Assembly: GCF_006345805.1 (NCBI RefSeq)
Contig: NC_043018.1
Coordinates: 27,528,001 to 27,592,000, forward strand
Source of the DNA: Octopus sinensis
Taxonomy: Eukaryota
Length of the DNA: 64,000 bases
Direction of reading: 5' to 3'
Made by a program: the position numbers and the translations under genes. Numbering within the stretch: the stretch's first letter is position 1; every line of letters starts with the position of its first letter. This document shows, in pieces, positions 1 through 13,660 of this stretch. The notes under the pieces were generated by a model. The model made no database searches, was not told where the DNA came from, and was given only the letters and a program-made list of their open reading frames with translations.

Positions 1-306
1 AAGGAAATTGGAATGCGATGATTACTTAGCATATTTCTGTTGAGATGCTGTGATTTCTTTCAATTAATTTTAAGTATTAAACAAAGAATTTTGTAAAATA
101 ACTTAGTTATCATTAAGCTAGTATTAGGAGCATACATCTGTGACTAAGGTTTGGTGGAAGATTTTAATTCAAAACTTATGAAAACAAGACATTTGTACTG
201 CAGAGCCACGGGAGTTGGTATCGAAAGCGTTAATGCACTTTATATATACACTTTATATACACAATTTTATAGACTTAATGCACAATTTTATAGACTTAAT
301 ACACAA

Positions 307-342
<36 letters not shown>

Positions 343-892
343 CTTTGCCTTACCTTCTTCTCTCTCTTTCTCTCTCTTTTCTTTCTCCTCCTTTTTCTCT
401 CGCTCTTCATCTTTCTCTTCAACTAATCACGTGAAAGCGTTAGGTAACAGAGGAAAAAACTATACATTTATGCATTTCACTCACCACCACCTCCCCACCT
501 CCCCGCCTCCCGCTCTCCTTCTCGGCCCCTTCAGCTAATCACGTGAATGCGCTACGGACGGGCTAAGTAACGGAGAAAGAAGCAGAATTTTTATACAATT
601 CAAGTAGAATATGTAATAAAGTAAGGCAAACACTTTATGGAATTGGTGTGTGAGGTTAGTCTGAGTTTCCAGCTCAATTACGGTATTAATTAAGCACTCT
701 ACAGAGTAATCACTTGATTAATGTAAGGTATTATATTTCAAATATATACATATGTTCTGTTCTTTGTATACTGAGGTGTAACTGATGTGAGTCGCTAAGA
801 TTTTATAGAAAAAAGAATCAAAGCATAGAATTTAAAACGGAGGATAAATGTAAAGAAAAAATAGGAAGCAAAAACAAAAAATGAATAAACAA

Positions 893-1297
893 GGCGTAGG
901 AGTGGCTGTGTGGTAAGTAGCTTGCTTACAAACCACATGGTTCCGGGTTCAATCCCACTGCGTGGCACCTTGGGCAAGTGTCTTCTACTATAGCCTCGGG
1001 CCTACCAAAGCATTGTAAGTGGATTTGGTAGTCGGAAACTGAAAGAAGCCCGTCGTATATATGCATATATGTATGTGTGTGTATGTTTGTGTTTCTCACC
1101 CACAACATCGCTTGACAACCGATGCTGGTGTGTTTACGTCCCCGTAACTTAGCGGTTCGGCAAAAGATCCCGATAGAATAAGTACTAGGCTTACAAAGAA
1201 TAAGTCCTGGGGTCGATTTGCTCAACTAAATGCGGTGCTCCAGCATCGCCACAGTCACATGACTGAAACAAGTAAAAGAGTAAAAGCGTAAGAGTAA
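893..1297 (+). mobile_element. tRNA-derived SINE, family A (full length)
   Basis: Pol III A-box-like TGGCTGTGTGGTAAG and B-box GGTTCAATCCC, then a CORE-like CCTTGGGCAAGTG motif, an internal (TA)/(TG) tract, and a tail ending in the ...GACTGAAAC motif plus (GTAAAAGA)n. More than 10 copies in the window. Resembles published octopus tRNA-SINEs (name not verified). Confidence 0.9.
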
Positions 1298-1508
1298 ATG
1301 AATAAATAAATAAACAAATAAATGGGAGAAAATATCTTCGAGGTTACAATTAGAAGAATGAGAACGAAAATTTACTTGAGTTATTGGATATTTTGCGATC
1401 TGAAAATAAAGTGCGAATATGAATATTTCTGTGAATACCCGTGGTACATGGAATCAATCATCGCTTACATTGGATGATAACAAATGAAAAAACTATGTAT
1501 GAGAGTAA

Positions 1509-1708
1509 GGCGGTGATCTGGTAGAATCGTTAGCACACCTGGCAAAATGCTTAGAGATTTGAGTTCAAATTCCGCCGAGGTCGAATTTACCTTTGGCCAT
1601 TTCAGGGCCGATAAAATTAATTACCATTTGAGTATTAGGGTTGATGTAATCAACTTCCCCCACACCACTCCGGACGTTGCTGACCTTAGGCCAAAATTTG
1701 AACTCAAT
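1509..1708 (+). mobile_element. SINE family B, decayed
   Basis: Head GGCGGTGATCTGGTAGAATCGTTAGCAC, B-box GAGTTCAAATTCC, and a degenerate version of the central GCCTTTCATCCTTTCGGGGTCGATAAAAT motif (Deu/Nin-like by recollection). Confidence 0.75.
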
Positions 1709-1924
1709 ATATGCGTGAGAACGTACGAACATACGCACATTGGTATGAATGATTATACTACATGGAATCTGTACAAGAATGCATTTAATGACATCAATAG
1801 GGAGCTGGTTATAATGGGTGTTCAACTTGGCAGTTTAATGAATTCGATAAATGGGTGTTAAATTGTCGGAAGTTTTCAAAAATGTCGGATCTTGTACTTA
1901 AGAGGATAAAAAATAGCTGAAGAT

Positions 1925-2200
1925 TTTTATTTATAAAAATGAGGTACTTCTCAGGTTTGCACATATTGCATCTTCCATGGACTCTCCTCTTGGTAAAATT
2001 GTCAATTGCATCTTCTTGCAATTGCTATATGTCGTCTGAGAATTAGTACGCATTTTTTTCATTTCAGTATTAACAAAATGTGAAAGGGAAGTTGATGTAC
2101 CTTAGTATAAACTTTCCTTTAGTCATACCTATGTAGTGTTTGCGTATTACGTCATGGTCTCGTTTCATTCGAAAAAACTACTGCTACATATGTCATGTGA
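1925..2200 (-). pseudogene. Penelope-like element GIY-YIG endonuclease fragment
   Basis: Minus-strand translation across frameshifts gives HYIGMTKGKFILRY and RCNMCKPEKYLI, matching the YIG motif and C-terminal RCxLCxxEK pattern of PLE endonucleases. Confidence 0.65.
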
Positions 2201-2242
2201 TACCGGTGTAGCGTTCATTGTTTAATATTTTATTCAATCAAC

Positions 2243-2635
2243 GCAGCGAACTGGCAGAACTGTTAGCACGCCGGACAAAATGGTTAGCGGCATTTCTCCC
2301 GTCTTTGCGATCTGAGTTCAAATTCTACTGGGCTCGACTTTGCCTGTCATGCTTTCAGGTTGATAAAATAAATACCAGTTGAAAACTGTGATCGACTTAA
2401 TCGACTTAACCTCTCACCCCAAGCAACTGGCTTTCTGCCACAACATAAAACTAATATTTATTCCGTCAAGGTGACAAGCTGTTTTGCAGCATTTCTTCCG
2501 GCTTTACGTACTCAGTTCAAATATCCCAATGTCAAATTTACCTTTCGTTCTTTCGGGGTCGATAAAATAAATACCAACTGAGCACTGGGTTCCAAATAAT
2601 GGACTCTTTCCCCATAAATTTCAGGCTCTGTGCAC
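2243..2635 (+). mobile_element. Two tandem SINE-B copies (second 5'-decayed)
   Basis: GCGAACTGGCAGAA..GTTAGCACGCCGG head; second copy has CTTTCGGGGTCGATAAAATAAATACC. Confidence 0.75.
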
Positions 2636-2984
2636 AATGATATTTATGGTACACAATGATATTTTATTTAATCCTATTTTCACATTTAATTTTATGTAAT
2701 TATTTTTTGTATTTTTATCTTCCCAATTTTCCCATTAATATTTTTATTTTATTGACAAAAGGAAACAACTTATTTCAGCCTTTATGAATCGCAGCTTTTA
2801 CAACCTTTCAATTCCCAGAAATTAGTATATCTTTTCAGCTTAGTCTATTCTAATAAAGTGTCTGACGAACGCTCAATTAATTGCTTAATTGAGCAAGAAA
2901 CTGCGTGCAACATGGTTATTCTATACGAGTGTATACATACATTCCTGCGTACATAATATATGCCCATATTCTTTTATATATATA

Positions 2985-3010
2985 TTCATATACATACGTT
3001 CACACACATA

Positions 3011-3082
<72 letters not shown>

Positions 3083-3150
3083 ATATTATATATATATATA
3101 TATACATCATACGTACTCACACACACACAGACATATATATATATGTATGT
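2985..3150. repeat. (TA)n microsatellite
   Basis: Directly visible; one of dozens of similar tracts. Confidence 0.95.
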
Positions 3151-3154
3151 ATAC

Positions 3155-3553
3155 CTCTTTTTTCTCTTTTTACTTGTTTCAGTCGTTTTGACTGCGGGCA
3201 TGCTGGAGCACCGCCTTTAATCGAGCAACTCGACCCCGGGACTTATTCTTTGTAAGCCCAGTACTTATTCTATCGGTCTCTTTTGCCGAACCGCTAAGTG
3301 ACGGGGACATAAACACACCAGCATCGGTTGTCAAGCAATGCTAGGGGGACAAACACAGACACACAAACATACACGCACATACATATATATACATTTATAC
3401 GACGGGCTTCTTTCAGTTTCCGTCTACCAAATCCACTCACAGTGCTTTGGTCGGCCCTAGGATATAGTAGAAGACACTTGCCCAAGGTGCCACGCAGTGG
3501 GACTGAACCCGGAACCATGTGGTTGGTAAACAAGCTACTTACCACACAGCCAC
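3155..3553 (-). mobile_element. SINE family A (full length)
   Basis: Reverse complement of the 893-1297 family, including head, internal microsatellite and tail. Confidence 0.9.
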
Positions 3554-4604
3554 ATATTGTGTGTGTGTTGGGTGTTTTTAAATCAGTGAACACATACACA
3601 CGTACATGCAACACATGGCATAATGATTCCAAAGTGCTCAACCTACGAAACTCGAAATCCAGATGGTGCTGCTTGAGTAACAGAGAGATCCTCGTCGCCT
3701 GCAGTAGCTGACTCAAATCTCTCCAGAAGCCAGAAAGTCTCAAAAACTATTGTTGCATTATCATTTATTGAATAATCCCGTCAACGTATATCGCAGTTCA
3801 GGCAACCTAAATAGTTAAATATAGTTGTGTCTCACGGAAAAATTCCGCTAAATTATAAAACCATCCAGCTACAATGTTAGTGCTTTAGAATATACAGCCC
3901 TTTCGGTATTTTCATAATAAGGGAGGGTATTTCAAGAGCCAGTATTTAAGCTATATATCTATTCCGTAAGATACACATACTGGCACAAAAATTTAAATGT
4001 ATATGGCACTTGGACGTCTTCGATATTGACAATCTCAGTGTTACGTAGTTTATTCTGCACTTCTACAATAAATGCACCCTCTTCTTAACTCATTGTGGCT
4101 TCTATAAAGATGACAAATACTACGTTTACATAAAAACAACAGACATCTAAAATGCATGATCAGAGATAATGTTTAACTGTCGTCACGAAAAGAAGTCGAA
4201 ATAACTCTCTCCAGCTTCAACAAAACTGGTGAGGTTAGAATCAACGTAAACAGCTTAGAAACCGGAAGTCTGCGGGCCATCATTTTGTAGACAAGTTAAA
4301 CAGTAAGTGAACACCGAACTTTATTGATAAGATGGGTATTTGCTCCACGATCCAGCCATGTGTGAGTGAGGAATGTCCAAGGCCGGTGTCATACAGCTTT
4401 CAGTAATGGAATGCCGTAGGTTGAAACTATAACTCTATAGATTAAATATTTACATTATCAATAGTATTGAGTTCTCTGTAGCTTCACTCATAATATTACC
4501 GTGAACGTAATAACACATACACATACACAACTGACTCCCTCTCTCTTTACACACACATACGTACATACACACACACACAACACACATATATATGTATGAA
4601 TGTG

Positions 4605-4651
<47 letters not shown>

Positions 4652-4719
4652 TGTGTGTGTGTGTGTATATGTGCATATATGTATATGTAGATGTATATGT
4701 GCGTTTGTATATATATATG

Positions 4720-4750
<31 letters not shown>

Positions 4751-5244
4751 TGTGTGTGTGTGAATATGTGTGTTTGAGTGTGTGTGTATGTAAACAAGTA
4801 AAGAAATACATATATGATGAAGCAATTCCCGAGGTGTATTAGTTACGTCTAATGTTTTGCAGTGAGTGGAAGAGAAAGAAGAAAGAGAACAAGTTATGAG
4901 GTGGCGGCGGTGGTGGCGACGGCGATGTTTGTTGATATATATATTGGTGTGGTTGTGTGTGTGTGTGTGTGTGTGTAGTTGTATGTAATGTGTTTGTGTG
5001 TTTGTATATAACCGTACATGTTTGTGTGCGTTTGTGTGTATGCATGTGTCAGTGGGGGGATGGATGGATGGGTGGGGAGTAATTATAGGGATGGAGGTGG
5101 GGATAGGTATGGGGTGGTTGTTAGCTGGTTGGGTTAAGAGAGGGTGAGAGAGGGTGAGAGGGAGAGAGAGAGAGAGATTTTGCAGGAATAAAAGAAAGAG
5201 TAAAAGAAGACTGAATGAGAGAAAGACGGAGGTGTGGTGGTTTA

Positions 5245-5277
5245 TCTAGTAGTAGTAGCAGTAGTAGTAGTAGTAGT

Positions 5278-5321
<44 letters not shown>

Positions 5322-5412
5322 TAGTAGCAGCAGTAGTAGCAGTAGCAGCAGCAGTAGTAGTAGTAGTAGCAGTAGTAGTAGCAGTAATAGTAGCTGTAGT
5401 AGTAGTAGTAGT
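5245..5412. repeat. (TAG)n/(CAG)n compound microsatellite
   Basis: Directly visible. Confidence 0.95.
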
Positions 5413-6143
5413 ACGTGTGATGGCTTGTGCGTGTTTGTGTGTGAGGGTGCATGTGTGCGTGGGGGTATATGGGGATGTGGGTGTGTATGTGTGTGTGTAG
5501 ATAGTAGGCTTGGGGTAGGTTAGTAGGTGGTGGGTGGACAAGGGAGGCGAGTAGTTGACTAGTTAGATGTGAAATAAATATTATGACAACTGTATAATTA
5601 GGACGCGTCACCAACCTTCCACCTCCCGTTCCCCTTCTCCATCTCGTCTTCTCGTATTTACATCTTCATTACTACCATAATTATTAGCGATTAGAGGAAG
5701 AGGAGAAGAAACACGTGGAGAGAGAGAGGGGGGACTGGGAGGGGAGAGAGAGGGAGAGGTGAAAAGAGAAGAGGAGAGGAGAGGGGAGGGGAGGGGAGGG
5801 TGTTGTTAGGTAGTGGGATTGCGAGAGGACGAAATAAAGAAAGAAATGAAGTGGCAACAACAACAGCAACAACAACAACAACAGCAACAACAACATTAAA
5901 AATCATAGCAAATAAAAACAACAGTGACAAAAACTGTCAGTACCACCGCCACAACAACAACAACAACAACAGCAACAGAAACTGTAACACCACCAATACC
6001 AACAACAACAACTATTAACAACATCATCACTAGCGCAGATCCCACGGCTGCAACATTACAACGAGAACATCTACTACAGCCTACACGACAACAAAAACAA
6101 CAACGGCTCAGTAGAGTAGCAACAATGGCAACACTAAGCATTA

Positions 6144-6185
<42 letters not shown>

Positions 6186-6469
6186 AACTACTACTGCTGC
6201 TGCTGCTGCTGCTATGACAGCAGATATCGGAACAACACAAACAACAGTCTCCATCATAACATAACAACAGCAAGTGCAATCAGCTGAAGAGCAACAATGA
6301 CAAGAAGAACTAGCACCGCCACTAAAACCACCATTAGCACCATCAGTGGTGGTTCAGTAACCACTATAATAATATCGCAATGAGAACAACCACAACAGCT
6401 TCCATTACAGCAACAGCAACAACAGCAATAATAATAATAATAATATAATAATAATAATAATAATTCTTT

Positions 6470-7930
6470 CTATTTTAGACACAAGGTCTGAAAAGTTGGG
6501 GTGGGGGAAGGGGTGTAATCAACTTCATCGACCCCAGTACTCAACAGGTACTTCTTTTATCGACCCTGAAAGGATGAAAGGCAAAGTGGACCTTAGAAGA
6601 ATTTGAACCCAGAACGTAAAGACGGACGAAATGCTGCTAATCAATTTTCCCGGCGTGCTAACGATTCCACCAGCTCGCAGCCTTAATAATAATAATAACG
6701 GTTTCAAATGTTGGCAGGTGGGAAGCAATTTCGGGGGAGGGAGTCAGTTGATTTCATCGCCCACACCTGGCACAGGGGCCAGTTTTCGAGGGAAGTTGGA
6801 AGTTGATTACATCGACCCTCGTACTTAAAAGCAAAGATGACCGTGACAGAATTTGAACCCTGAACGGAAACAAAACGCCTCTATGAATTTTGTCTGGTTC
6901 AGTAACTATTCTGCTAAATTACTGCTTACACAACAACCAGGGCTCAGCTTGTACTTTTCTTATTCCATCAATACCGAAAGGATGAAAGGTTAAGTCCACC
7001 ACAGCGGAATTTGAACTCAGAGCGTAAGAACGGACGAAATGCCGCGAAGCAATTTGCCCGGCGTGCTAACGATTCCACCAGCTCACCATCTTACGCAACC
7101 ATTACCATTGTAACAACAGTAATACAAAGCACCACCACCACCTCCACCATCACCACCTCCAGCCCCCCTCCCCAATAACAACATCAATAATAAGATGGCT
7201 AGTTGGCAGAATCGTTAGCGCGCTGGACGAAATGCTTAGCTTTTACGTTCTGAGTTCAAATTCCACCGAGGTCGACTTCCAACTTCCCTCAAAAACTGGC
7301 CCCTGTGCCAGGTGTGGGCGATGAAATCAACTGACTCCCTCCCCCGAAATTGCTCCCCTCCTGCCAACATTTGAAACCGTTATTATTATTAAGGCTGCGA
7401 GCTGGTGGAATCGTTAGCACGCCGGGCAAATTGATTAGCAGCATTTCGTCCGTCTTTACGTTCTGGGTTCAAATTCCTCTGAGGTCCACTTTGCCTTTCA
7501 TCCTTTCAGGGTCGATAAAAGAACTACCTGTTGAGTACTGGGGTCGATGAAGTTGATTACACCCCTTCCCTCACCCCAACTTTTCATCCTTTTCATCCTT
7601 TCAAGGTCGATGAAATAAGTACCAGTTACGTACTGGGGTTGATGTAATCGACTAGCCCCCCCCCCCATTTTCAAGGCCTTCTGCCTAGAATAGAAATATC
7701 GACAGTAATAATAATCCTTTTTACTGAAGGCACAAGGCCTGAAATTTTGGGGAAAGGGACTCGTCGATTAGATCGACCACAGTGTTTCACTGGTACTTAA
7801 TTTATCGACCCCGAAAGGATGAAAGCAAAGCCCACCTCGGCAGAATTTGAACTCACAACGTAAGGACGGACGAAATGTCGCTAAGCATTTCATCCGGCAG
7901 GCAAACGGTTCTGCCAGCTCGCCGCCTTAC
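6470..7930. mobile_element. Cluster of about 7 SINE-B copies/fragments in both orientations, with an inverted duplication (6489-6803 / 7275-7586)
   Basis: Repeated CCCGAAAGGATGAAAGGCAAAG-type motifs and their reverse complements; ORFs 6525..6728(-) and 7350..7550(+) are near-identical. Confidence 0.85.
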
Positions 7931-9779
7931 ACAACCATTACAATAATCTTTTCTGCTCTAAATACAAGGCCTGTCACCAGTATGAAGACTACCTCTGGTG
8001 CTACCTGCATGAAGACTATCCCTCACACCACTACCATCACCACCACTAGCATCATTCCCACCACCACCACCACCAGTACCACAACAATAACAGCAGCAAA
8101 AATAATAATAATAGTAACATCTATCAGGGCTAAAATATGTCGGACAAAATTATTCCGAATCAAAGCGCCCTGTGATCAAACCCTACTAAAGTCATCTTTG
8201 CATTCATTTTATTTATTTTTTATTGTCTGGTTTGATAAAATAAATTCCAAACTAGGAACATGATTGACAGAATGGTAAGTGCTTCAGACTGGATGCCTTG
8301 TGGTATTTATTCTAAGTTCAATTCCCGCCATCGTCTACTTGAGTTGTCGTTCTGATTTTGCCACGCAGTTTAAAACCACCGTCTACCCTCTTTGGGTATC
8401 AGTAGCAGAGTCCACCCGGTTGCAAAATTTTGAGCCAGGGATTAAGGATAACGTCAGCCCTCCTTCCTTCTCTCTTACCAGTGGAAAAATTAAATAGCCC
8501 ATGGCTCATTGAAAAGGTCTCGTGAAAGTGCTATGGGAATCACTCCCCCCCCCCCACCCAGGCTAAACGATATTTTTTTTTTTAAATCGTCTTTCACAAC
8601 AGGAACAACAATGACAACAAGAACAAGAACAATTTGATTCCAGTAACGATAGACAGACAAGCATACACACAGACAGACAGACTGACCGACAAACAGACAG
8701 ATAGAACGACAAATACCAGAATGAGCGAACGAATGTCACCAAACTAGCTTTCGATAGAAACAACCCCTACTACTCCCCTCTCCCTTCTGCCACATCCTCC
8801 TCCTCTTTCTCTGTTAATGCTATTAACACCACCACCACTACACACAAAACGACCAATATCACCACCACCACCACCACCACCACCGCCACCACCACCACCA
8901 CCACCACAACCACCACCACCACCACCACCACAACCACCACCACCACCACCACCACCACAACCACAACCACCACCACCACAACCACCACCACTACTCTGCC
9001 AACAACAAACACGACGTGAAACAACAGCCAACAGCCACCATTACCATAACACTGCAACCACTACCAGCACCACCAACACCATTTTCGGCAACAACACCAC
9101 CGCCAGCACTACCACAAACTACTAGTGTCAACCAACCACAAAGCCACTACCACTTCCACAGTCATCTCGACCAACGCAACCACTACCACCACCACTATCA
9201 CCGCTCTCACTACCACAAACCACCACCACAACCACTACCACGACCACTAACACAACCACAACTATCGCCAGTATGAAGACTACCTCTGGTGCTACCTACA
9301 TGAAGACAATCCCTCACACCGCCACCATCACCACCACTAGCATCATCACCATCATGATTAGTGTAAAGTCTCGACGTTGACGTTGACAAATTTTGCTCAA
9401 ATCACACCATGCTCTGTTTAGAAGCCTTGAACACATTAAATAACGTAGTCCTGCAAATAGACCTGAAAAAAGAGGAGGGCCATGGTTGGATTGGTATTGA
9501 TCATATGTTGACTCGATAGTGGCTAATCTAGCGTCAAACCACACCGACGACAACAACAACAACAACAGCAATCTCTAGTTAGAGGATACCCGCCCACCTT
9601 TATCAATTGCTGAGACCTTGAAAATAGGGTCAGAGTTGTGAATCCTTATCGTCTGACTACACTTTAAAGAACCATAAACAAAGTACAGAATGCTAACAAC
9701 ACTGCTGACCCACAAACCGTCACCGCCATCTCCAACATCACCATCAACAACATTAAGGCTAAGATTTCGTGACACGACG

Positions 9780-10151
9780 TCAGTTGCCATGACGAAGGTC
9801 CCAGTTGATCCGATCAACGGAACAGCTTGCTCTTGAAATTAACGTGCAAGTGGCTAAGCACTCCACAGACACGCGTGCCCTTAACGTAGTTCTGGGGAAG
9901 ATTCAGCGTGACACAGAGTGTGACAAGGCTGGCCCATTGAAATGCAGGTACAACAGGTAGAGGAAGAAAGAGTGAGAGAAAGTTGTGGTGAAAGAGTACA
10001 GCAGGGTTCGTCAACACCCCCTTGCCGGAGCCCCGTGGAGCTTTAAGTGTTTTCGCTCAATAAACACTCACAACGCCCGGTCTGGGAATCGAAACCGCGA
10101 TCCTACGATCACGAGTCCGCTGCCCTATTCACTGGGCCATTGCACCTCCAC
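9780..10151 (-). mobile_element. SINE family C (body 2 + tail X)
   Basis: Minus strand: GTGGAGGTGCAATGGCCCAGTG head, GGTTTCGATTCCC B-box; tail shared with 40853 and 59951, body shared with 20525. Confidence 0.8.
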
Positions 10152-10391
10152 AAGGCTAAGATATTCTATCGTTGACTCTACCAACAACAACAACAACAAC
10201 AGCAAGATACCAATATCGACAACATCACCAATGCAAACAACGTGACCAGCACCATTTCCACGACCAAAATGGCAATTACCATCATCAATACTTTCAGTAA
10301 CATCACCACTATCTACACCACCACTGACAACTCGACCACTATCACTAATAGCAACGGCGACTACACAAACTTTACTGACACCAACGCCATT

Positions 10392-10423
<32 letters not shown>

Positions 10424-10739
10424 TAGCAGCAATGACGACGACATAAGCGCCAGAAATGCCGACACTATCGCCAACACCACTGCCCCTACCGCCACCACAA
10501 CCACCACCACCACCACATCACCATCACCATCACCACCACCACACCACCACCACCACCACCATCACCACCATCACCGACACCAACGCTAACACCACAACCA
10601 CCACCACCACCACCGACACCAACGCTAACACCACCACCACCACCACCATCACCGACACCGACACCAACGCCAACACTGACAAACAATCTTTCAATAATCC
10701 TAAATAAAATTAGTTAATAACGTTAGTAATCGCGTATCC

Positions 10740-10995
10740 AGCTTAATGCCTGACGGGATATCTTTCAGCAAAATTGTTACAGTGACGCGACAAAAGACGG
10801 TGGTTTCAAAGACAGAGTGTATTGTGTACAGAAGCGTACTAATACACATCCGTCGTGTATGTGCTGTGCATTGGCTCACGACATGCACCAAACCGACGTT
10901 GCCGGAATAGGAGCACGTTGTAGAGCTACACGTCAGGTGTCCAACTGACCGGAGATCTAACGTGGCACGAATTGTTTTGCTCAAGACCACACCGC
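10740..10995 (-). mobile_element. Decayed SINE, homologous to 45630-45899
   Basis: Shared CGACGTTGCC..AGG.GCACG.TGTAG...GTCAGGTGTC block. Confidence 0.55.
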
Positions 10996-11019
10996 AATAT
11001 TCACTCCGGGATTTGACAC

Positions 11020-11490
11020 CATTTCATACATACATACATTTCACACATTCATACATTCATACATACATACAAACATGCATATATACATGTATAACAACTA
11101 GCAAAGATTCATGCATACATACTCACATACATACTACATCATACATACATACATACAACATACATACATACATACATACATACATACCTAACATACATAC
11201 ATGCATGCATGCATGCATACATACATACATACATACATACATACATACATACATACCTTTCACACCTTCATACATTCATACATACATACAAACAGCATAT
11301 ATACATGTATACATACATACAAAGATTCATGCATACAGACTCACATACATACATACATACATACATACATACATACATACATACATACATACATACATAC
11401 ATACATACATACATACATACATACATACATGCATGCATGCATGCATACATACATACATACATACATACATACATACATACATACATGTAA
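11020..11490. repeat. (CATA)n microsatellite
   Basis: Directly visible; similar tracts at 12100-12428, 36670-37030 and 38303-38605. Confidence 0.95.
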
Positions 11491-12428
11491 ATGCCTAACT
11501 GTCAGCCTGGATAAGCCTCAGGAAAAAAAATCAGCTGAGTCACATATTACAAATACAATCGGTAAGCGGAACAGTAAAAATATGCAAGAGTTTTCTCAAG
11601 TTTAAAATATGACATTGCTTTCTGTTGTATTTCGCGAGGCTGTTTTTTTTTTGCCAATATACACAGGCACCATACACATGTATGGTGCATGTGTTTGCAC
11701 TTATGTCCATTGTCCGGAAATCTTTCGCCACACATCTGTGACCTCTTCAACAACAGTTTCCGTCCTCGTGTGTGCTCCGGCTCCGCAGAGGTCACAGATG
11801 TGTGAGGACAGATTTCCGGACAATGGACATTAGCTCAAATAATAACAATAATAAACGAGAAAAGAACGAATATATAGAACGTGCGTCTATTTGGCAAACA
11901 AAAAAAAAGAAAAATGACCATACCGAAATGCAACAATATCTGTTTAAGCACACGGTTTCACATCGAGAATTTTACGACTCAAATTCATAAACGTGACATT
12001 GTTTTCACTATCAAAATTGAAATGATCGATCTCTGTATTTTTGTTAGAAATCAGTTCCTTCCTCAGAGGGAGGATCAAATGATTGAAAATAGAAGACATG
12101 CATACATACATACATACATGCATGCAAACATGCCTACATACATATATATATACATAATACATACATACACACTCACATACAAACACACACATACATACAT
12201 ACATGCATTCATTTACACACACACACATACATGAATGCATGCATGCATATATATACATACACATACATGCATGCATGCATGCATATATATATATACATAC
12301 ATGCATACATATATACATACATACATTCATACATACATACGTACACGCATACATACATATACACATGCATACATACATACATACATACATACATACATAC
12401 TTACGTACGTACATACATACATACATAC

Positions 12429-12583
12429 TGTGGTAAGTAGCTTGCTTATCAACCGCATGTTTCTGGGTTCAGTCTCACTGCATGGCAACTTGAGCAAGTG
12501 TCTTCTACTATAATCTCGGGCTGACCGAAGCCTTGTGAGTGGATCTGGTAGACGGAAACTGAAAGAAGCCCGTCGTATATACC

Positions 12584-12643
<60 letters not shown>

Positions 12644-12853
12644 TATTTGCTTGTGTGTCTGTATTTGTCCCCACAACATCACTTGACAACCAATGCTGGT
12701 GTTTTTACGTCCCTATAACCTAGCGATTCGGCGAAAGGGACCGATAGAATAAGTACTAGGCTTACAAAGAATAAGTCCTGGGGTCGATTTGCTCGACTAA
12801 AGACGGTGCTCCAGCATGGCCGAAGTCAAATGACTGAAACAAATAAAAGAATA
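12429..12853 (+). mobile_element. SINE family A
   Basis: Same head, body and tail as 893-1297. Confidence 0.85.
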
Positions 12854-13250
12854 CACACATACAAGAAAAAGTACGTACTGTCATAGAGGTCAGCTGTTCT
12901 GCTGATGTGATCCCTTTGAAAAGCAAAGACAAAGTGGATAACTTGGACACTGCTTCTAAGCCTCCATCTTCTATATCCAGATTATATATTCACATTTATG
13001 GCATTACGATTTTGTAAGTAAATGTGTCAATCTAGATAAGCTTAAGGTTTCAGAGAAAGAAACTCACACTTTACAAATACAATCCGTAAGTGAAACCGTA
13101 GAAATATGCAAGACTTGTCTTAAGTTTAAAATGTCCTATTGTTCTTCTTATTTACATTCCAGCGATGGAGATTTGTATCGTTGTTGAAAACGCACTCCTT
13201 TCTCACAGGAAATTTGAATGATTAGACAGAAGAGAACGCTCATACAAGCA

Positions 13251-13293
<43 letters not shown>

Positions 13294-13295
13294 AC

Positions 13296-13339
<44 letters not shown>

Positions 13340-13392
13340 CATGTAGATATATATATATATATACACATATATATATATATATACATACGTAC

Positions 13393-13424
<32 letters not shown>

Positions 13425-13660
13425 CATACATATATATATATATACATATATACATACACACACACACACACACATATATATATAAACATAGATAAACATA
13501 TATATATATATATATATATGGGTCGATAAATTAAGTACCAGTTGCATACTGGGGTCAATCTGACCGACTGGCCCACTCCCCAAAATTTCGTGCCTTGTGC
13601 CTAGAGCAGAAAAGATATACACACGTGTATGTGTGTACATACGGATGTATGTATATATTC

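Noticed and set aside
893-975. tRNA genes at SINE heads
   Set aside because: A/B boxes are present but there is no complete cloverleaf, and each continues into a repeated SINE body.
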